A stretch of DNA of 64,000 bases from the NCBI GenBank assembly GCA_963714085.1, contig OY970229.1, positions 736,001 to 800,000 of the forward strand, written 5' to 3'. Position 1 is the stretch's first letter; each line of letters starts with the position of its first letter. The notes under the pieces are model-generated. The model was not told where the DNA came from. It searched no databases and saw nothing but the letters and a program-made list of their open reading frames with translations. Source of the DNA: an uncultured Candidatus Micrarchaeota archaeon (GTDB lineage Archaea > Micrarchaeota > Micrarchaeia > Anstonellales > Bilamarchaeaceae). Below, one piece after another: positions 57,418-64,000 of this stretch. Position numbers and translations under genes: made by a program.

Positions 57418-59802
57418 TCAGACGAAGAGGTCCAGTGTCTTCTGCCTGCCGCCGACCTTCAGGCTGTACTCGTCATAGCCAAGCTCCTTGAGTATCTTCA
57501 TCACCGCCGGGAGTATCTGGTTGTTGATGTAATAGTCAGGGTCGTAGTCCTTCGCGTATTCGGCCAGCTCCGCCTTCTCGGATATCGACTTGCCCTTCTT
57601 CGTTATCACAAAGGAGACCACGCTTCCGGTCTCCATGGTTATGCCGCGCGCTATTGCCTTGTGTGCGGCGGACAGCTCGGGGGATGCGACCTCGTAGCCG
57701 CCCCGCGGGTCCTTCTTGAGCTGGGTGACTATCGTCAGCTCGTCCATGGAGACGTCGCCGCGCATCACACGTTCCACCGTGTCCCGCACGATCTTCACCG
57801 CCTTCTCCTTGGAGCCGTCGCGGAGTATGGCCTCGAGCACGGCGAGCTGCGTCTTCTTGGCTATCTGCGACCAGTCCCTGCGCACGAGCTCGAAGCCGCG
57901 TATCTTTATGCGGTTGTCGTCCCCGAGCAGCGCGTATTTCTTCTTCGCGCCCTTCTCCCCGCCGCCCTTCTTGGACACGAACACGCCGCGGGGGTAGAAT
58001 CCCTCGAGCTCGAGCTCCATCTTCTCCGGGAGGGACGCGTTCATGTCGTTCATGAACTTGATGACGTCCTCCTTGTCCTTGTAGATCAGCATGACGCTGT
58101 CAGTATCGCCGTACAGCACCTTGAAGCCCGCCTTCTCCGCCCGCTCCATCGTCTCCATGATGTGCTTGCGGCCGTAGGCTGTCACGGATTCCCCGCATTC
58201 GCGGGAGTACCATCTTGAGCGCGCGTACGCGAGGTACCCGTAAAAAGAATTCGAGACGACCTTGATGGCATTGGAGCGCGCGTGCAGCATCCTGTACTCG
58301 TCCGAATCCTTGTCCAGCGTCTTGAGCTGCCTCTTGATCTTGGACCTGAAATCGATGAGGTAATCGAGCACGGATGGGATGAGCCCTTTCGGGGATTTGA
58401 GGAACATCGTCCCTATCGGAGAGACGTTGGTGTCCCCCTCTTTCAATCCAGCGTCGTCTGTAACTACGGTTCCGGGGTCTATGTTGTACGCGACTATTAT
58501 GGATGGGTACAGGCCGCGGAAATCCAGGACCGCGATGTTCTCATACACGCCGGGCTCTGGCAGTTTGACATACGCGCCCTGTATCGGGGCTGCTAGCCGG
58601 TCGGCTATCGCGCCTCCGGACGGCTTCGGGGGGATGAGCATGCCCTTGCCCGTAGCCTCGAACATCAGCAGGTTCTCCACCAGCTGGCCAGATGTTGCGA
58701 GAGAGGTGTCGTAGAGCGGAAGCTTGGCCAGGCTTGAGAGCTCGGTCTCCACCTGCAGGTAGCGGTCGCCTATCTCCTTGGTGACCTTGGAGTCCATGAG
58801 CGAGTACTCAGCCAGCTCCCCGATGTCGCCGGAATCCCAGTGCCTCCAGATGTCGTCCCCCTTTATGTCCTTCTTGCCGCTCTTGGTTAGCGCGGCTGCG
58901 ACCGTGCGCAGCGTGTAGTCAGGGACCTTTATCATGCCGATGTGGCCGAAGAAGCGGAGCATGGGGTATATGTCTATGTGGATCCTGCCCGCTATCCTCA
59001 CCCCGGTGGTCAGGCCGCGCTTGGTCTGCTTGAGCTGCGCCTTGAACCTGCCGAGCTGGAGACCGGCGCCGGTGGTCCTGGAGCGTGTGGCGAGATAGGG
59101 CAGGTCGAAGTTCGCGCTGTTGTACCCGAAGATCACGTCCGGGTCCTGCTCGTTGACCAGGCTACTGAACTCCTCGAGCATGGCCTTCTCGTTGCCCACC
59201 GTGCGCACGAACGGCCTCCTGTCCTGCTTGGTCGTGAGCACGCCCTCGTCCCTGCCGGACCAGCTTATCATGATGACCTGATCGACCTTCTCCCGCGGCG
59301 CCCCTTTCGGGTTGTAGGTCTCTATGTCGAATGCGAAGGTGCTCAGCTGGGGGTTCGCCTGCTCGCAGGAGATTATCCGCTTTATGAGCTGCTTTTCCCG
59401 CTCGTAATGGATGATGCCCTGCGGGGTGAGCCTCATGTCGAATATGAACCTGCGGCCGAACGGGATTCCGTCCTCGTAGCAGGGGAACGGTATCGCCCCA
59501 CGTAGTACCGGGACGTCCGAAGGTTGGCAGCAGACGACCTTGGCGAGGCGCTTCTTTTTCTGCCCGGATTGCAGCTCGACCTCCACCACGTCCTTAGGGC
59601 TGACCCTGCTTCCGTCCCTGGCAATGGCGACCATGTTGAGGAGCTCTTCCTTCCGCTCCAGGGGGATTTCGGTATAGAAATAGGGGTCGTAGCGGTAGTA
59701 GAGCCGGACCGCCTTCTTCCCCTTCACCAATAGGCGGACGTAGGACTGGCCGTTCCTCACGATGTAATCGACGTCCAGCAGGTAAGCCTTGCGGATAACC
59801 AT
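57418..59802 (-). CDS. polB: Family B DNA polymerase
   Basis: FDIET, YNSANFD, DFRGLYPSII, K...NSFYGY, YGDTDS; C-terminal PIP-box QKTLDLF. Confidence 0.96.
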   Translation of the reverse strand: MVIRKAYLLDVDYIVRNGQSYVRLLVKGKKAVRLYYRYDPYFYTEIPLERKEELLNMVAIARDGSRVSPKDVVEVELQSGQKKKRLAKVVCCQPSDVPVLRGAIPFPCYEDGIPFGRRFIFDMRLTPQGIIHYEREKQLIKRIISCEQANPQLSTFAFDIETYNPKGAPREKVDQVIMISWSGRDEGVLTTKQDRRPFVRTVGNEKAMLEEFSSLVNEQDPDVIFGYNSANFDLPYLATRSRTTGAGLQLGRFKAQLKQTKRGLTTGVRIAGRIHIDIYPMLRFFGHIGMIKVPDYTLRTVAAALTKSGKKDIKGDDIWRHWDSGDIGELAEYSLMDSKVTKEIGDRYLQVETELSSLAKLPLYDTSLATSGQLVENLLMFEATGKGMLIPPKPSGGAIADRLAAPIQGAYVKLPEPGVYENIAVLDFRGLYPSIIVAYNIDPGTVVTDDAGLKEGDTNVSPIGTMFLKSPKGLIPSVLDYLIDFRSKIKRQLKTLDKDSDEYRMLHARSNAIKVVSNSFYGYLAYARSRWYSRECGESVTAYGRKHIMETMERAEKAGFKVLYGDTDSVMLIYKDKEDVIKFMNDMNASLPEKMELELEGFYPRGVFVSKKGGGEKGAKKKYALLGDDNRIKIRGFELVRRDWSQIAKKTQLAVLEAILRDGSKEKAVKIVRDTVERVMRGDVSMDELTIVTQLKKDPRGGYEVASPELSAAHKAIARGITMETGSVVSFVITKKGKSISEKAELAEYAKDYDPDYYINNQILPAVMKILKELGYDEYSLKVGGRQKTLDLFV

Positions 59803-59855
59803 CAGAATCAGAGGGGATTAGAAGAAAAGAGAATAAAAAATAGGGACTCCGGGCT

Positions 59856-60593
59856 TTATTGCCTGGAGCGAAGAGCGACTTCCTTGTCCACGAGCTCCTG
59901 GAGGACGTCCTCGTGGATGAAGCGCCTGCCGCCGACCTTCTCGTGCGGTATCCTGCCGCGGTCGAGCCTGCGCTCGAAGGCGTTGCGTTTCAGCCTTATG
60001 CCGTTCTTGTGGAGCTCCTTGACAGCCTGGCTCACTGAGAAGTAATTCTTGCTGATGTGCGTGAGCGCCTCGACGGCGTCCCTCGGCACGAGCCTCCTGG
60101 TGCCGAATTTCACGGACGGCACTGAGCCCTTCTCTATCCTGCCGATGAAGGCGCGGAAGTTGATCTGGGGGTTCGACTTCTTGTACTCCTGGTAAGCCTC
60201 CTTCACGGTGTAGAAGTCGTTCTTGGTGTTCACCACGTCCTCAAGAATGGCTTTCGGGATGAACCTCTTCCTGCCGACTTTCACGAAGGGCACGGTGCCG
60301 CGCTCAATCCTGCCTCCGAACGCCCTGAAGGAGATATATACACCATTCTCCTTGAGGTAGTCGTAGGCCGACCGGACGGAGTAGAGCTCGTGTTTGCCTT
60401 CCAGCTCGTCCTCGCTTGCCTTCTGTTTGTAGAGGTTCTGGGCGACCTTGAACACGCTTGCCACGGAGCCCGCGAGGCCCTTCTCGACATTATCCCTGCG
60501 GGTTTTTATACCCGCCAAGTCGATGGACCTGTACTTGTCAATGAACTCATCTTCTATTTCGGTTTCGATAACAATCTTTTTCCCCCTGGGCAT
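59856..60593 (-). CDS. Protein with three tandem excisionase/HTH_17-like DNA-binding domains
   Basis: Three repeats of (Y/F)(S/T)V..A...AF..R(I/L)..G.(V/I)P..K.G..R; AGGTGA RBS. Confidence 0.8.
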   Translation of the reverse strand: MPRGKKIVIETEIEDEFIDKYRSIDLAGIKTRRDNVEKGLAGSVASVFKVAQNLYKQKASEDELEGKHELYSVRSAYDYLKENGVYISFRAFGGRIERGTVPFVKVGRKRFIPKAILEDVVNTKNDFYTVKEAYQEYKKSNPQINFRAFIGRIEKGSVPSVKFGTRRLVPRDAVEALTHISKNYFSVSQAVKELHKNGIRLKRNAFERRLDRGRIPHEKVGGRRFIHEDVLQELVDKEVALRSRQ

Positions 60594-60700
60594 AATAATC
60601 ACCTTACTTCATACCTGCATATTGCATTTTATGAACACTTATGTACTTACTTATAAAACATAGCGTTTTTAAATCTGCCTGTTTTGACCGCATTTACCAC

Positions 60701-61996
60701 TTATGACTTACCACCCCCTTTCAGACGATAAAACATGTAGACCAGGAAAACTAACAGGACGATCGCGCCTGCTATGTCGAGCAGCGGGAGGCCCTCCGGC
60801 TTCGGCCCTGCCGCGCCCGTTTGGGACTGCGACACGGAGCTGTTGACGGGCGGCGCAGGGGCTGGCGGAGTGCTGAATGTGCCGGCCACCGAAGCCTTGT
60901 TGCCGTCCATGTCCGCCACGCCGATCTTGAACTGGACCACGCTGTTGGGAGGGAACGCCGGGAAGTCCGCCACGAAGACGTTCTTCTGCTGCGTGAAAAC
61001 GATCGCGTTGCTCCACTGCGTCGCGTTGTCCGCCTTATAAGTGACCGCGATGCTTGCGGGGTCCACGCCGCTCGGATATACGCCGGGGTCGGCGACGGGT
61101 ATGGTGAGCCTGGTCGCGTTGCCGACCTGGGACTGGCTGATGGATCCGATGGTGGGTGATGTGAAATCGAAAACCACCAATTTTGGGCTGTCGGTCTGCG
61201 GGTTCATCACGACGCTCTTGACCACGCCCGCGTAGGAGACGTTGAACTGGAAGGTGTTGCCGAAGACCTTCGGGTCGTAATAGGTGCCGTTGGAACCGAG
61301 CTGGACGAGGCTCGTGCCGATGGCCAGCGTGCCGTTGAGCGGGTTGCCGTTGTCATCGACCACCTGCACCGTGACCGGATAGAACCTGATCACCACGCCG
61401 AGGTTGACGGCGTTGGAGACCGTCATGGAGCCCTGCTGCTTGCCGTTTAGATAGCTGACTAGGTAGTTCGCCGCGCCGGCAGGCGCGTAGAATCCGGCGA
61501 AACCTTTGGAGTCGGTGGTCTCGGTCTGGTTGTCGAACCATACGGTCGCGTTTGCGAGAGGGGCCGCCGTGAAATCGGTCACATGGAAAACCACCGGATA
61601 GACCGGGATGTTCACGTCGACGATTGGCGGATGGTAGATCGCGGTTATGCTGGTGCTGCCGTTCACTCCGCCGACCAGGGCGCTTATCTGTATTTGGCAG
61701 TTCACCAGGGACGGGTTGGTCTCGATGTTCTGTACGAGGGTCTGGACCGTGCCGGAATCGTTCGTGATGAGCGGACCGACGTTGTAGTAGGTGCCTTTGC
61801 CGTTAGTCCCGACGGAACCGGAGTATTGGTAAGAGGCGTACACCGCCGCGCCCTGAATGGGGCTGTGACCCGCGTCAAGCGCCCGTATCACCAGGGTTTC
61901 GTGGAATGACGTGTTGCACGGGGGAGTGTTTGTGCTGAGCGCTGAGCACACCATGCAAGGCAACAATAGGAGTAATAGCAGATAGCGGAAATTCAT
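60701..61996 (-). CDS. Surface protein with beta-rich (Ig-like) domains and C-terminal TM
   Basis: Signal peptide, repeated V.D....P...A.V segments, Pro-rich linker, TM. Confidence 0.75.
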   Translation of the reverse strand: MNFRYLLLLLLLPCMVCSALSTNTPPCNTSFHETLVIRALDAGHSPIQGAAVYASYQYSGSVGTNGKGTYYNVGPLITNDSGTVQTLVQNIETNPSLVNCQIQISALVGGVNGSTSITAIYHPPIVDVNIPVYPVVFHVTDFTAAPLANATVWFDNQTETTDSKGFAGFYAPAGAANYLVSYLNGKQQGSMTVSNAVNLGVVIRFYPVTVQVVDDNGNPLNGTLAIGTSLVQLGSNGTYYDPKVFGNTFQFNVSYAGVVKSVVMNPQTDSPKLVVFDFTSPTIGSISQSQVGNATRLTIPVADPGVYPSGVDPASIAVTYKADNATQWSNAIVFTQQKNVFVADFPAFPPNSVVQFKIGVADMDGNKASVAGTFSTPPAPAPPVNSSVSQSQTGAAGPKPEGLPLLDIAGAIVLLVFLVYMFYRLKGGGKS

Positions 61997-62110
61997 GTGC
62001 CTTAAATAGAATGCGAAGCTTAATAAAGGTCATCCCGTTCTTTTCCGGTTTCCGGGCGGACAACACCAATTATTAATTAACTTTCTCAACATTCTGTCTT
62101 CTTCTAAATA

Positions 62111-62182
62111 GCGACCGTAGTCTACCGGTTATGATTCGAGATTGCCAATCTCGCGGATCGGGTTCGATTCCCGACGGTCGCA
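62111..62182 (+). tRNA. tRNA-Gly(GCC), CCA not encoded
   Basis: GCGACCG/CGGTCGC acceptor stem, CGAGA TTGCCAA TCTCG anticodon arm, TCGGG TTCGATT CCCGA T-arm. Confidence 0.96.
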
Positions 62183-62295
62183 TCGGATTTTTCTTTCTCT
62201 TGTCATATCGTCAATCGCCAAAATTCTTCTCGCCGACGCGAAACTAATATAAATGCTCGTTAGACGTAATTTTTCAAATAGTCGCGGTGCATTAC

Positions 62296-63096
62296 ATGGA
62301 AGACCTGCCTGAAGAACTGATGTCCGTACTGGACGTGAGGCCGACCAAGGACCTGCTCAGCCACGAGCAGACGATACCCAAGAACCTCAAGCGCCTCAAA
62401 GAGGGCATGCTGAACATGGGGCACCTGGTCGACCCCCTGATAGTGGATAAGGAAAGCAACGTCGTGCTGGACGGCAACCACAGGCTGAAGGTGCTGGAGA
62501 TAATAGAATGCCCGAATTCCGCATGCCAGATGGTGGATTACAAAGATCCCAAGATAACAGTCGGGAGCTGGCTGCCGGTGGTCAAGATGGAGCCGGAGGA
62601 GATGATCCGTATGGGCAAGATCAAGGCCGAGAAGGCCGACCGCCCGGTTGCCATGGAGGCCATCGCGGCGACCCGGGCGCCTTTCGCTGCTCTGAGCAGG
62701 AAATCGAAGGCCGCGTTCCTGCTCAACCCGGGCAAATATAAGCTACGCGACATGGTGGAGGAGCAGGTTCTCCTGCTCTCCATGTTCAACGATGCGGAAG
62801 TGAAGTATATCAATGATGACGAGCTGGACCAATGGCTTGATATGGGATACACGGCGCTCTACAGGAGGCCTTACACCAAGGAGGAGATAGTGAAATCCGC
62901 CAGGGACCACGCCCCGTTCCCGCCCAAGTCCACGAGGCACCTGATCCCGGGCAGGATAATCAGGCTCAATATGAAGCTCGGCTGGCTGCACTTGGACCGC
63001 GAGGCGGCCAAGAAGGAGATGATCGAGACTCTCAAGCGCCGCGCCTACAGCGGCAACGTGCGCAAGTACTACGAGCCCGTCGTTGTCATATACTGA
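62296..63096 (+). CDS. serK: SerK-like free serine kinase (ParB/Srx fold)
   Basis: HEQ, LDGNHR, VDY, W.P, TKEEI, FPPKSTRH follow the order of Thermococcus SerK motifs. Confidence 0.75.
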   Translation: MEDLPEELMSVLDVRPTKDLLSHEQTIPKNLKRLKEGMLNMGHLVDPLIVDKESNVVLDGNHRLKVLEIIECPNSACQMVDYKDPKITVGSWLPVVKMEPEEMIRMGKIKAEKADRPVAMEAIAATRAPFAALSRKSKAAFLLNPGKYKLRDMVEEQVLLLSMFNDAEVKYINDDELDQWLDMGYTALYRRPYTKEEIVKSARDHAPFPPKSTRHLIPGRIIRLNMKLGWLHLDREAAKKEMIETLKRRAYSGNVRKYYEPVVVIY

Positions 63097-63163
63097 AGGC
63101 GACCCGGACTCCAACCACCCCCCTTTTATCGTTTTCTTGTTCTAATCCCATCCAGGTGATAAG

Positions 63164-64000
63164 ATGACTATGCTTTTCACTCCGGGACCGGTCAAGCTAA
63201 CAGACGAGATAAGGATGGCGCAGTCGCAGGAGATGATATCGCACCGCGAGCAGCGGTGGAGCGACCTGTACGGCAGCCTCGTGGAGCGCTTCAAAAAATA
63301 CACCAACGCCCAGGAGGCTCATCTCGTCACGGGCTCGGGCACGCTCGGCATAGAGATGAATATCCTCAACTGCGTGAAACGGAACGACAAGATGCTCGTC
63401 CTCACGAACGGCGAGTTCGGGAAGAGGTTCGCGGAGATCGCGCGCGTGCATTGCGATAACGTGGAGGAGCACAACAACGAGGTCGGGAAGGGGTGGGACC
63501 TGGAGCGCGCGAAAGGGATTATCGACGCTGCGAAAGGCGTGGGCGTCTTCGGCATGGTGTATAACGAGACCTCCAACGGCACCCGCAATCACATAAAGGA
63601 CATGTGCCTCTACGCCAAAAAGAAGGGCATGAGGACCATAATCGACGGCGTGTCCGCCTGGCCGGCCACGGAGCTGGACATGAAGGCCATGGGCATAGAC
63701 TTCTTCTCAACCGGCTCCCAGAAGGCTATCGCTGCGCCGCCGGGAATCACCATGCTGGCAGTGAGCCAAGAGGGCGCGGAGTTCAACGAGAAGCGCACCG
63801 ACCCGATCCCGTCGTATTATATGAACATGAAAAAATACAGGAAATTCATGGCCGAGAAGAAGCAGACGCCATTCACGCCAGCGGTCTCGATTTATTTCGC
63901 CCTGAAGGCGGCCTTCGACCACCTGGACGCGGAGGGAGGACCTGCCGGCTGCGAAAAGCGGCACATGAAAGCAGCGGAATTCACGCAGGGATGGGCGGAG
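63164..64000 (+). CDS. Class V PLP aminotransferase (serine/phosphoserine type), truncated by window end
   Basis: MTMLFTPGPV, SHR, GSGT, NGEFG, NETS.G, DGVS, TGSQKA; AGGTGA RBS. Confidence 0.9.
   Translation, partial: MTMLFTPGPVKLTDEIRMAQSQEMISHREQRWSDLYGSLVERFKKYTNAQEAHLVTGSGTLGIEMNILNCVKRNDKMLVLTNGEFGKRFAEIARVHCDNVEEHNNEVGKGWDLERAKGIIDAAKGVGVFGMVYNETSNGTRNHIKDMCLYAKKKGMRTIIDGVSAWPATELDMKAMGIDFFSTGSQKAIAAPPGITMLAVSQEGAEFNEKRTDPIPSYYMNMKKYRKFMAEKKQTPFTPAVSIYFALKAAFDHLDAEGGPAGCEKRHMKAAEFTQGWAE

Noticed and set aside
4951..59505. Many long overlapping ORFs (e.g. 4951-5682, 25180-26316, 33298-34323, 36151-37290, 39011-40087)
   Set aside because: Antisense or off-frame shadows of well-supported genes, expected with high GC3
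31000..59802. Inteins in infB or polB
   Set aside because: Both have normal length and uninterrupted motifs
1..64000. CRISPR array, rRNA genes, integrase or full transposase
   Set aside because: None recognised by eye in this window

Overview
Archaeal chromosomal DNA, mostly GC-rich with AT-rich patches. Archaeal markers include PCNA, aIF5B, family-B DNA polymerase, Pus10, PurP, GGGP synthase and TATA-type promoters, often with little or no leader. The gene style suggests a DPANN lineage, probably Micrarchaeota (inference). Housekeeping genes: pheS, ftsZ, pyrG, infB, pcn, carAB, purP/purQ/purD, pyrE, deoxyhypusine synthase, polB, pus10, ether-lipid enzymes, serine-pathway enzymes, tRNA-Val(GAC) and tRNA-Gly(GCC). 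There are three toxin-antitoxin modules and many secreted or membrane proteins. Most notable: (1) a candidate Ced/Ted-like (VirB6/VirB4-type) transfer locus at 42.9-47.9 kb; (2) a free-standing AT-rich LAGLIDADG-like gene abutting infB, whose 5' end is also AT-shifted; (3) three candidate small RNAs outside the called genes: a double-guide C/D box RNA complementary to the 23S P-loop and A-loop, an atypical H/ACA-like RNA complementary to the A-loop helix, and an unassigned structured RNA near tRNA-Val; (4) an orphan IS200/IS605 right end (TnpB omegaRNA-like scaffold); (5) an unrecognised ~88-aa domain in three copies; (6) a relic Lrp gene start marking a cassette exchange. All family assignments come from motif recognition and recall; no database searches were run.
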